From a bacterium (GTDB lineage: Bacteria > Zhuqueibacterota > Zhuqueibacteria > Oceanimicrobiales > Oceanimicrobiaceae), in contig JBHHYI010000017.1 of NCBI GenBank assembly GCA_046757525.1, forward strand, positions 1-39,466: a stretch of DNA of 39,466 nucleotides, written 5' to 3'. The notes below the pieces were generated by a model. The model made no database searches and was not told where the DNA came from. It was given only the letters and a program-made list of their open reading frames with translations. Positions 25,372 to 34,866 of the stretch are shown here, in pieces. A program made the translations under genes and the position numbers. The number at the start of each line of letters is the position of its first letter. Positions within the stretch are counted from its first letter, which is position 1.

Positions 25372-25530
25372 ATGGAGATTACCGAAGAAAAAATTCGCGA
25401 AATAACCCGCGAGGCGCAATATCAGTTGGGCGAGAACACGCAGCCGGAGATGCTGAAGAAAGTCGTGAAGGAAGTGGTGCGCCGCCTGCTTGCGGAGAAT
25501 GCCAAAGCTGACGAAGCACGGAGAGCATAA
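25372..25530 (+). CDS. Unlisted 52-aa helical protein
   Basis: MEITEEKIREITREAQYQLGENTQPEMLKKVVKEVVRRLLAENAKADEARRA*; GC-rich coding-like island within AT-rich spacer; promoter just upstream; no clear SD. Confidence 0.7.
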   Translation: MEITEEKIREITREAQYQLGENTQPEMLKKVVKEVVRRLLAENAKADEARRA

Positions 25531-25577
25531 GCTGGCTTATTGCAAAAATTCACAAGGTCTTACGCTGAACTCTTAGC

Positions 25578-25606
25578 TTGACTTTCTTGGGGTAAAATTG
25601 TATATT
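25578..25606 (+). promoter_or_regulatory. Sigma70-type promoter for secDF
   Basis: TTGACT, 17 nt, TATATT. Confidence 0.7.
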
Positions 25607-25655
25607 AAAATTTGTAATTTTTTGAAAAACCATTTGTGATGGAGGAACATTGTAG

Positions 25656-27719
25656 ATGCGGCGGAAAAATCTATTAAAAACTCTAATAATCTTGATGGCG
25701 ATTGTTTGGTCTGCCATAGTTCTACTGCCGACTTACCAACTTGAGAACCAAAACAAAGCAGCAGAAAAGTACTATTCCCTCATAGAACAAAATACTTCTC
25801 TAAGCATCAACGAAATCAAAGCAGGTTTGTCTTCGGGCAATTTGGAACTGTTAGTCCGACAGAATTTCAAAGGGACCGACGGAAAGTCTGTCGATGAATT
25901 GGTAAGCGAAGTAAAGAAGCTGTCCGCTTTATACGAAAAAATTGCGGACAATGAATCGAAAGCCATTAAGCTGGGTCTCGATTTACAAGGCGGTTCCTTT
26001 TTGGTGTATGAGGTGGACTTGCCACAATTGCTGCGTTCCCTTGCCAAGGTCAAAGACAGCAAGTTTGAGAATGCACTGAAAGAAACAACCCAACAAGCTC
26101 AGACCTCAGACAGGGATTTTTTGGACATATTGCAGGAAGTTTTTCAGCAGACAGGTCTGCGCTTGTCGAGGTACTTTGGCCATGCCCGCGATAAAGACGC
26201 GAAGATAATCGCCGAGCTCAAGAAAGAGTCCGAAGATGCCATCGATCGAACCCTCGAGGTGCTAAGAAATCGCATCGACCAATTTGGCGTTTCAGAGCCG
26301 TCCATAACCAAACAAGGCAGCCGAAGAATCGTGATCGAGCTGGCTGGCGTGCAGGATGTGGCACGAGCCAAAGGCATCATTGGCACCACGGCACTGCTTA
26401 CTTTTCAAATGGAGAAGGATCCCGAAGTGATCAGCGCTGTTTTGCGGGACATCAACCGGGTTTGGAAGGACCACCTGGCGCAAGAAAAGGGCAATGGTGA
26501 GACGGAGCTGAATGAAACCGCTGTTGCAGACACAACGCTCGCTAAAGCAAAAGTCCGCAAGGACACGGAAGTGAGCCTGAGAGACATCATAGGTGAGAAT
26601 CCCAATGTTGCGGCAGAAGCCGACTCCGCGGCTGCCGACAGCACGGTTTTGGTGGATAAGGATATTTTAGAGAGCCGGCCGTTCGACGCTCTGCTGGCGC
26701 GGGTGGGGGATGACATCGGTGTACCGGCCAAGAACGTGAGCACCGTGGAAAGCATATTGAACACCCCGGAAGTCGCAGCGGTGATCCCGAAAGATTCGGA
26801 GTTTCTCTGGGATGCCGACCCCACCCCCATTAGCGACCAGGAATACTACCGCCTTTATTTAGTGAAGAAGGAACCGGAAATCAGAGGCGCCATGATTACC
26901 AACGCCCAGGTTCAGATGGGCAGCCAACTGCAAGCCGGACGACAGGTGGTGGGCATGACACTGAATTCGGAAGGAGCCAAGATTTTTTCCAAGGTGACCG
27001 GCGCCAATGTTGGCAAGAGAATGGCCATCGTGCTCGATCACAAAGTGGTGTCTATTCCAAATATACACGAAAGAATTCCGTCTGGCAATGCTCAGATTAC
27101 CGGCATGGCCAATTTTGACGAAGCCAAAGATCTGGCCATCATCTTGCGTGCAGGCGCCCTGCCCGCGCCCATCGAAGTGATCGAGGAACGTACGGTGGGA
27201 CCCTCGTTGGGGCAGGATTCCATTAACAAGGGCACGTTTTCTGCATTGGTCGGCATGGTGCTGGTGGTCCTGTTTATGATCATCTATTATCGTATGTCGG
27301 GTGTGGTCGCCGACGTCGCATTGCTCCTGAATTTGTTGATCATAATGGCGGTGTTGGCAGGGTTTCACGCAACGTTGACGCTCCCCGGGGTTGCCGGCAT
27401 TATCTTGACCATCGGTATGGCCGTGGACGCCAACGTTCTCATTTTTGAACGCATCAGGGAGGAACTCAGAACGGGTAAGACCATTCGGGCAGCCATCGAC
27501 AGTGGCTATGCACGGGCCTTCAAAACAATCCTGGACGCGAACGTGACGACGCTTTTGACGGCTCTGGTTTTATATCAGTTTGGCACGGGCCCAATTCGCG
27601 GCTTTGCCTTGACGCTGTCCATTGGCATCCTGGCCAGTATGTTTACCGCCATCGTGGTGACGCGGGTCATCTTCGACTACGTGACCGATAGATATTCACT
27701 GACAAAACTAAGCATTTAA
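25656..27719 (+). CDS. secD: Protein translocase subunit SecD
   Basis: LGLDLQGG, RIDQFGVSEP, LRAGALPAP, VGPSLG and GMAVDANVLIFERIREE. Confidence 0.98.
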   Translation: MRRKNLLKTLIILMAIVWSAIVLLPTYQLENQNKAAEKYYSLIEQNTSLSINEIKAGLSSGNLELLVRQNFKGTDGKSVDELVSEVKKLSALYEKIADNESKAIKLGLDLQGGSFLVYEVDLPQLLRSLAKVKDSKFENALKETTQQAQTSDRDFLDILQEVFQQTGLRLSRYFGHARDKDAKIIAELKKESEDAIDRTLEVLRNRIDQFGVSEPSITKQGSRRIVIELAGVQDVARAKGIIGTTALLTFQMEKDPEVISAVLRDINRVWKDHLAQEKGNGETELNETAVADTTLAKAKVRKDTEVSLRDIIGENPNVAAEADSAAADSTVLVDKDILESRPFDALLARVGDDIGVPAKNVSTVESILNTPEVAAVIPKDSEFLWDADPTPISDQEYYRLYLVKKEPEIRGAMITNAQVQMGSQLQAGRQVVGMTLNSEGAKIFSKVTGANVGKRMAIVLDHKVVSIPNIHERIPSGNAQITGMANFDEAKDLAIILRAGALPAPIEVIEERTVGPSLGQDSINKGTFSALVGMVLVVLFMIIYYRMSGVVADVALLLNLLIIMAVLAGFHATLTLPGVAGIILTIGMAVDANVLIFERIREELRTGKTIRAAIDSGYARAFKTILDANVTTLLTALVLYQFGTGPIRGFALTLSIGILASMFTAIVVTRVIFDYVTDRYSLTKLSI

Positions 27720-27738
27720 TGTTGAGGAGCTAATTTTC

Positions 27739-28659
27739 ATGCAATTTTTGACCAATACTCACGTGGATTTTCTGGGCAAGAGAAGGATCGCTATTTTGGT
27801 CTCTGCTACTTTAATCCTCATAGGCATCGTTTCTTTAATCATACATAAAGGCCCCAATTACGGCATCGACTTCATCGGGGGTACGTCGTTAGAGTTGCAT
27901 TTTGACAAAGATATTTCCATTGCTGATGTGAGGGCAGCGGTGAGCAAGGTCGGCTTTGGCAATGCGGAGATAAAATCTTTTGGGGCACCCAATGAAATCC
28001 TCATTCGTGTGGAGGAGCAAGAGAGCGGCACAGAAATCTCCGATGCCATCAAGACCCAATTGACCAAGGCGTTCCCGGACAATCCGTATGTGGTGCAATT
28101 GGTCGAGAAGGTAGGCCCGAAAATAGGTTCGGAGCTGCGCAGGGCCGCTGTCTGGGCGGTTTTGATTGCGCTGTTTTTTATCTTGCTTTACGTGAGTTGG
28201 CGTTTTGAATTCGTCTTTGCCGTGGGTGCCATTGTTGCACTCTTTCACGACGTTATGATCACGTTGGGCGTTTTTTCTTTGTTGCGGTTGGAGGTAACCC
28301 TGGCTATCATTGCTGCGTTTTTGACCATCGTCGGTTACTCCCTTAACGACACGATCGTTGTGTTTGACAGAATTCGCGAAAATCTCAAAGTTCTGCGTCG
28401 AGAAACGTATGAGAAAATAATCAATACCAGCATCAATCAAACGTTGAACAGAACCCTCTTGACCAGTGTGACCACCCTGATCGTGGTATTGGTGCTCTAC
28501 CTATTTGGGGGTGAAGTGATTAGAAACTTTGCTTTTGCGCTGCTGGTAGGCATCGTGGTCGGTACGTACAGTTCAATCTTTATCGCAAGCCCCATTGTAG
28601 TGGAATGGGAACGCAGACAGGAACTAAAACGCAAAAGCCTCACAGCCAGGCGAAGGTAG
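27739..28659 (+). CDS. secF: Protein translocase subunit SecF
   Basis: GIDFIGG, VGPKIG, ALFHD, GYSLNDTIVVFDRIREN and GTYSSIFIA. Confidence 0.98.
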   Translation: MQFLTNTHVDFLGKRRIAILVSATLILIGIVSLIIHKGPNYGIDFIGGTSLELHFDKDISIADVRAAVSKVGFGNAEIKSFGAPNEILIRVEEQESGTEISDAIKTQLTKAFPDNPYVVQLVEKVGPKIGSELRRAAVWAVLIALFFILLYVSWRFEFVFAVGAIVALFHDVMITLGVFSLLRLEVTLAIIAAFLTIVGYSLNDTIVVFDRIRENLKVLRRETYEKIINTSINQTLNRTLLTSVTTLIVVLVLYLFGGEVIRNFAFALLVGIVVGTYSSIFIASPIVVEWERRQELKRKSLTARRR

Positions 28660-28706
28660 CTGTTGAATGTCACAAACCTGGTTAAAGCTTCCTGGAGGAG
28701 TAGGCA

Positions 28707-29045
28707 ATGACCATTTCTGAAAGATTTTCGGATGGCGTGGTGATCCTGGAGCTGTCTGGAGAAATGATTGGAGGACCCGACGCCACCCTGTTGAACGATA
28801 AGCTGCATGAATTCATCGAGAACGGCAAAACCAACGTGGTCGCCGATCTGGCAAAAGTCAGTTGGATGAACAGTTCGGGATTGGGCATTCTCATCGGTGG
28901 ATTAACCACCATGCGCAACCATGGCGGCGATATGAAGCTGGCCAACATCACGGAAAAGATTAAGAGCTTGCTGATAATTACTAAACTGGTTCCCGTCTTC
29001 GAGATCTTCGACTCTGTGGATGCGGCGGTGGCAAGCTTTGTCTAA
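28707..29045 (+). CDS. STAS-domain anti-sigma factor antagonist
   Basis: DLAKVSWMNSSGLGILI phosphoacceptor motif; ITKL..VFE. Confidence 0.92.
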   Translation: MTISERFSDGVVILELSGEMIGGPDATLLNDKLHEFIENGKTNVVADLAKVSWMNSSGLGILIGGLTTMRNHGGDMKLANITEKIKSLLIITKLVPVFEIFDSVDAAVASFV

Positions 29046-29086
29046 CACCCTGTCTTCAAGGGTTTAAGTGTTTCGAGTAAATTTGC

Positions 29087-29113
29087 ACTCCGACAGCGAA
29101 GTCGGAGTTTTTT
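29087..29113 (+). terminator. Intrinsic terminator between STAS gene and purA
   Basis: ACTCCGAC-AGCGAA-GTCGGAGT then T-tract. Confidence 0.75.
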
Positions 29114-29126
29114 ATGCCTGTCTTAG

Positions 29127-30413
<1,287 letters not shown>

Positions 30414-30504
30414 AGCTTGCTGCCTCGGTGAGGCAGGCCCAAAAGCGCTCGGGCGGTCCTTCCCGCGAACGCCGAAATCCAGACAAGGAGCTCGTTATTA
30501 CTAT

Positions 30505-30533
30505 TTGACCCAAACAATTATGTTGTGTATATT
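30505..30533 (+). promoter_or_regulatory. Sigma70-type promoter of the MNT-HEPN pair
   Basis: TTGACC, 17 nt, TATATT; spacer holds AACA-ATTA-TGTT inverted repeat (possible operator). Confidence 0.65.
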
Positions 30534-30584
30534 TGTGTTGATTCTTCAGGTCAAAGTTTCTAACGACAAATTGCTGGGAGTGAA

Positions 30585-30947
30585 ATGAAGCTTGACAATG
30601 TAGACCTGCCCTTGCGACAAGTGAGAACTGTTCTCGATGGTTTCTCAAATGATTTGGTGGCAAGGGTTGGGAATAGAATTTTTTTAATTATATGGTTTGG
30701 TTCTACGGCCCGCGGAGAGGGCTCATTGGATTCTGATTTGGATGTGGCTATTATTGCTTCTGACGAGAATAAGGATTTGTGGGATACTATTGTCGAAGTT
30801 GCTTCACAACATTCAATTGAAAACGATTCTTTGATTTCCACCTTGTTGATTTCCAAAGACCGCTATGAAAAAATGAAGTGTGTTGGTCGGTTGTTGGCAC
30901 AAAGTATTGAGAAAGATGGGGTGGTACTTTGGCGCAAGGTAGCCTGA
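30585..30947 (+). CDS. Minimal nucleotidyltransferase (MNT), putative antitoxin
   Basis: FGSTARG-X-SDLDV (GSx10DxD); C-terminal IEKDGVVL. Confidence 0.9.
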   Translation: MKLDNVDLPLRQVRTVLDGFSNDLVARVGNRIFLIIWFGSTARGEGSLDSDLDVAIIASDENKDLWDTIVEVASQHSIENDSLISTLLISKDRYEKMKCVGRLLAQSIEKDGVVLWRKVA

Positions 30948-31324
30948 GGGAAGAATCTCACAAGCTCATAGCACGGGCTAACGAAAACATCGATGAAATG
31001 CGTATTTTGTTGGAGAGTTCGTATTTTTTCGGTGCAGTCAACCGTGCCTATTACGCCATATTTCATGCTGTTTCGGCATTGTTGTTAGTGGACGGCAAGC
31101 AATTCTCAAGTCATAAGGCCCTGATTTCTTACTTTGGTAAGCATTACAGCAAGACTGGTCGTGTGCCAACCGATTTCCACAGAATATTTCTTGACGCTTA
31201 TGCCATACAACAAAGGGCGGATTACGATTATGATGCCGTTGTGAGTAGGGAGCAGGCCCAGGGAATTGCATCTAATGCGCGTAAGATTGTCAAATATGTG
31301 GAGAATAAGATTAATGAGTATTAA
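30929..31324 (+). CDS. HEPN-domain protein (UPF0332-like), putative toxin
   Basis: AVNRAYYAIFHA, SHKALI and ADY motifs; overlaps the MNT gene. Confidence 0.9.
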   Translation: MAQGSLREESHKLIARANENIDEMRILLESSYFFGAVNRAYYAIFHAVSALLLVDGKQFSSHKALISYFGKHYSKTGRVPTDFHRIFLDAYAIQQRADYDYDAVVSREQAQGIASNARKIVKYVENKINEY

Positions 31325-31353
31325 AAAAGGCCCGGGTCTGGCGATCCGGGCCT
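31323..31353. terminator. Terminator between convergent genes (T-tract on minus strand)
   Basis: AAAAAAGGCCCGGGTC-TGGC-GATCCGGGCCT. Confidence 0.75.
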
Positions 31354-31385
31354 CTGGCTCAAAATGGAGGGAGGTTGGGTGTGGG

Positions 31386-33992
31386 TTACTTCATCAACAT
31401 GAGTTTCTTCACCGCGTCAAAGTCCCCGGCTTTTAACTGGTAGAAATAAAGGCCGCTGGAGACTGGCCGGCCGAACGAATCTTTGCCATTCCAGGTTACA
31501 GAGTGGCGTCCCGGAGGAAGCTGTTTATCCACCAATACTTTCACCGTTTGTCCAAGCACGTCAAATATACGTAGCGTCACATTTTGTGTGGCTCCTCCGG
31601 GAACACCAAATTCTATGGTCGTTGCAGGGTTGAACGGGTTGGGGTAATTCTGCGACAGCACAAACTGTTCGGGGGCTTGCCCGCTGTTCTCGACGATGTC
31701 CGGTGGATTGGAGGGGTCGAAGTGACTCTCGCGCAGCCAGAGTTGAGAAATCATGGCGTCGGTGTCGCCGGCGGTTTTGGCGATGTGGACTTCAATTTGG
31801 CCGTCGGAATAAAGTTCCCTCGGAAGTTGCAGCCAATCCAGTTCCTTCAACCCGGACGGCACTTCAAAATCATCGTATAGCATAGCCTCGTCAACTACAA
31901 TTCGTTGCTTCAGGTACAGTCCTACCTTATTGTAGAATTCGGCTTTCAATTCGTAATCCACCGTTGGGTTTAGGTTGGTGAATCGATAAACAACTTCCGA
32001 GGGGTGTTTTGCAATGGTTTGGTACGGCTTGCTGCCCCACTGTGAGCTGCGTATCCCCTGGATGAGATGAGGATCGCGGGCTCTTTTTTCGGCGCCGCTG
32101 TCATCCCAATAGTAGAGAGGCAGGTAGAATTTTGGTGTCTCACGCACAACTGTGAGTTTGCCATAGCTGGACTCTGCGGTCAGTTGCAGGCGGTACCCGC
32201 CCGGCTCCACCGGCCAGCCCAGGTCGTCGCGGCGATCCCAGAGCACTTGCTTTTCTCCGGGCATCATCCAGCCTATCGGAATCTGGCGCACGGTCAGTTG
32301 CGTACTGGCATCGATGACAGTCAGGGTGACTTTGCCAGGGTCGGTGAGTTTGGAATGGACCACCAGATGGTCCAGGTCCGGGCTCAGTTTCACCTGAAAA
32401 TTCAGCAGGGCCAGTCCTAACTGGTAGCGTTCCCCGCCCGAGTGGTCCGACCACCGTTCCAGCACAAGCGCCTGATCATAACCGGCCCAGTATTTTTTGT
32501 CTTCCGAGTCGACGGTCACCTGGCCGAAAGTCACGCTGTAATTCAACGGATCTACCAGGTCTACATTTGCTCCCTTGAGGCGCGACAGAGGCTGCAAGTC
32601 GGCCGAGAGTTTGAGGATTTCCCGGTAGCTGCAATCGGTAACATACACGTTGCCCCAGTGGTCCACGTCGACGGAGGTGAACTGGCTTTCCGCTTTGCCA
32701 GGGTAGGTGGTTAACCAGTGCAAGGTGTTTGCTGAGACGTCCAGGTGCACCAGGCGTCTGTTGCCCGTATCAGCCACGTAGAGCTGCTCGTTGGAGAGGC
32801 CGTTGAATTTCCCGACCGCAATGGCCTGGGGGGAGAAAAAATCACCGGCAGCGTTTCCCCTTTGGCCAAAAGTGTAGCGCAGGGAAGCAGCCTGACCCCG
32901 AATGGCATACCCCACAATGCGGTCGTGTCCTGTATCGGTTACCCAGAGGAAGTCGTCGGACGAATCGAAGGGCGTCCCTGCATCGTCCCAGGCGACATCG
33001 TACGGGTGCATGAGTTCACCGGAACCCAATTCAAACTGAAATTCGAGTTCGGTGTTTTTCCCGTTACCTACTAACCTCAAGACTGCGATGCGGTTGTTTC
33101 CGGTATCCGCAACGTAGACGTTCCCCTCAGCGTCGCGGTCGATTCCATGAGGACGATTCAAATCCTCCGAGCCCGCACCCGCATGGCCGTACGCCTTGAT
33201 CCACCCGTCGTAATCGCCGTACACCACGCGATTCCATGCCGGATCCGTAATCAGTTCAACATAGCGTGCTTTGAAAAAAGGCGCCCGGTCAAGCTGGGTA
33301 ACCGAGGAATACAGGACACCTGCGTAAGGCTTTTGGAAAAGCTGCCGGTCCAATTTGTTCTGTGTGACGGATTTGGTCAGCCGTTCGACATGGTGCTCTT
33401 TGCTCACCGGCTGCCAGATGAAAGTTTCGTCCGTCGAGTTTTCTGTTTCGGCAAAGAGATCAAAATTAGTAGTCCCGTCCTGATCGAATGAGGCAGAAGC
33501 GCCAAAGTCGAGGCGGTCCATGCTTGCAAACAAATTCTTAGACGCCACCAGCTTCCACTGATGGTTGCGCTTGGCGAAAGTCAGCTCAACGGGTGTGCCT
33601 GACGTTCCACTGGCAGCGGTCAAGCTACCTCGCACCACTGCCCGGTCTTCCACAATATGAAACTCCGTGGTCACCAGCCCCAGCCCGGGATGCCCGTTTT
33701 GGCTCAGGGCGGTCAGATTGTCTTTCGTGAAGAGCCTGGACAGCTTGCCCGGTTCCGGGGCTGTGCCTTCCACAAAGTCATTCGCCAGCGTCCTTTCAAG
33801 CAAAGCCGTAGCGCCGCTGTTGAGGCCTTGCCGAATCTGGTCGATCGCCAATTCAAGCAAGCCGCGATCTGAGATTTGTGCACGATGTAACCCCAAATGC
33901 TTGGGCTTGTGATGCGTAAAGTAGTTAAATCCCAAAATTGTCAGTAGTATCAAAAACAGTGCTGGCATGCGCGTTGCAATCTTGAAAACCAT
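31386..33992 (-). CDS. Secreted multidomain protein: NTF2-like N-terminus, NHL beta-propeller, FlgD-Ig, C-terminal T9SS/FlgD-type sorting domain
   Basis: Repeated YVADTGNNRI, WVTDTGHDRI and YVADTGNRRL; internal WDRRDDLGWPVEPGGY; C-terminal LSQNYPNPFNP..WNGKDSFGRPVSSGLYFYQL..KKLMLMK. Confidence 0.88.
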   Translation of the reverse strand: MVFKIATRMPALFLILLTILGFNYFTHHKPKHLGLHRAQISDRGLLELAIDQIRQGLNSGATALLERTLANDFVEGTAPEPGKLSRLFTKDNLTALSQNGHPGLGLVTTEFHIVEDRAVVRGSLTAASGTSGTPVELTFAKRNHQWKLVASKNLFASMDRLDFGASASFDQDGTTNFDLFAETENSTDETFIWQPVSKEHHVERLTKSVTQNKLDRQLFQKPYAGVLYSSVTQLDRAPFFKARYVELITDPAWNRVVYGDYDGWIKAYGHAGAGSEDLNRPHGIDRDAEGNVYVADTGNNRIAVLRLVGNGKNTELEFQFELGSGELMHPYDVAWDDAGTPFDSSDDFLWVTDTGHDRIVGYAIRGQAASLRYTFGQRGNAAGDFFSPQAIAVGKFNGLSNEQLYVADTGNRRLVHLDVSANTLHWLTTYPGKAESQFTSVDVDHWGNVYVTDCSYREILKLSADLQPLSRLKGANVDLVDPLNYSVTFGQVTVDSEDKKYWAGYDQALVLERWSDHSGGERYQLGLALLNFQVKLSPDLDHLVVHSKLTDPGKVTLTVIDASTQLTVRQIPIGWMMPGEKQVLWDRRDDLGWPVEPGGYRLQLTAESSYGKLTVVRETPKFYLPLYYWDDSGAEKRARDPHLIQGIRSSQWGSKPYQTIAKHPSEVVYRFTNLNPTVDYELKAEFYNKVGLYLKQRIVVDEAMLYDDFEVPSGLKELDWLQLPRELYSDGQIEVHIAKTAGDTDAMISQLWLRESHFDPSNPPDIVENSGQAPEQFVLSQNYPNPFNPATTIEFGVPGGATQNVTLRIFDVLGQTVKVLVDKQLPPGRHSVTWNGKDSFGRPVSSGLYFYQLKAGDFDAVKKLMLMK

Positions 33993-34085
33993 GATGTCTC
34001 TTCCTTGTTTCTTGATTTCTTAGCCTATCTTGTTCGTCAAAAACTCGTCGCACAGGTTGGCTGCCCAGGAAGTTTTCCTCGGAGA

Positions 34086-34555
34086 TCAGTGCCGGAACGA
34101 TGACCGGTCCACGCAGTAACGCACCGATAAGGACGTGTTCTCGAACAGCTCTTTTAAGAATTCTACCGTGCGCGATTGCATCGAGGTGCCGCTGTGGCTA
34201 CTGACAGACTTGGCTGTGATGATCGGTTCGATCGCAGGCTAAAGCTGACGCTCTCCCGCTGGCCGACCGGAACAGTGAGGTCCGTGGGTAGTAGTGTGGC
34301 GGCGGCGATGCGCTGTTGGGTAGGGCTGTAATCAAGATACAGGTTAAGCTGAAGAAAGTGCTTGATGTTGTAACCAACGCCTAACCCAATAGACAGACTT
34401 TGTTCAAATGCAAGCAATTTGTCGAATATGAGAACTCCAATGGAACTTCGGAGTTCTATTTTGTGTTTCATATCCTGACTTTGGCCGGTTCCGAAAAGTC
34501 CTGAGACCATGCCTGTGATCAAAAGGAGCCGGAGCCTGCCTGACCAGCGATTCAC
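34086..34555 (-). pseudogene. Probable truncated or frameshifted secreted protein gene (OM beta-barrel-like N-terminus)
   Basis: Signal peptide plus amphipathic beta strands (LSIGLGVGYNIKHFLQLNLYLDYSP) degrade after about residue 90; another frame gives IEPIITAKSVSSHSGTSMQSRTVEFLKELFENTSLSVRY. Confidence 0.4.
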
Positions 34556-34866
34556 AGCAAACAGGGTTGGTACACTTTCTGGTTCATAACATGGAATGTG
34601 TTCAATTAAGCAAAGGTATCACGGCTTCTTGCAAGGACTGTGCCAATGAGAAAATTGTAAACATTTTGCAAGAATCGTTGTATTCACTGTGTAAAGATGA
34701 AATGGTTTTCGTGCCTCGGCTTGATGGTTTAGTGGTAGATTTCAGGCCAAATACGTAAAAAATGAACGACTTTTTGGATTGATTCAATAAATGAACATGG
34801 TTAGGTCCTCTGGTCAGCAACCTACAACAAAAGTTCTTCAACTCTCTTCAAACGGCTTTGATTAGC

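Noticed and set aside
30414..30493. SRP RNA, tRNA-Sec or hammerhead ribozyme
   Set aside because: Lacks the CAGG..GGAA..AGCAG SRP core, the tRNA T-loop/CCA and the CUGAnGA hammerhead core
34567..34841. Small ORFs in the spacer
   Set aside because: AT-rich divergent promoter region; no SD or recognisable motif
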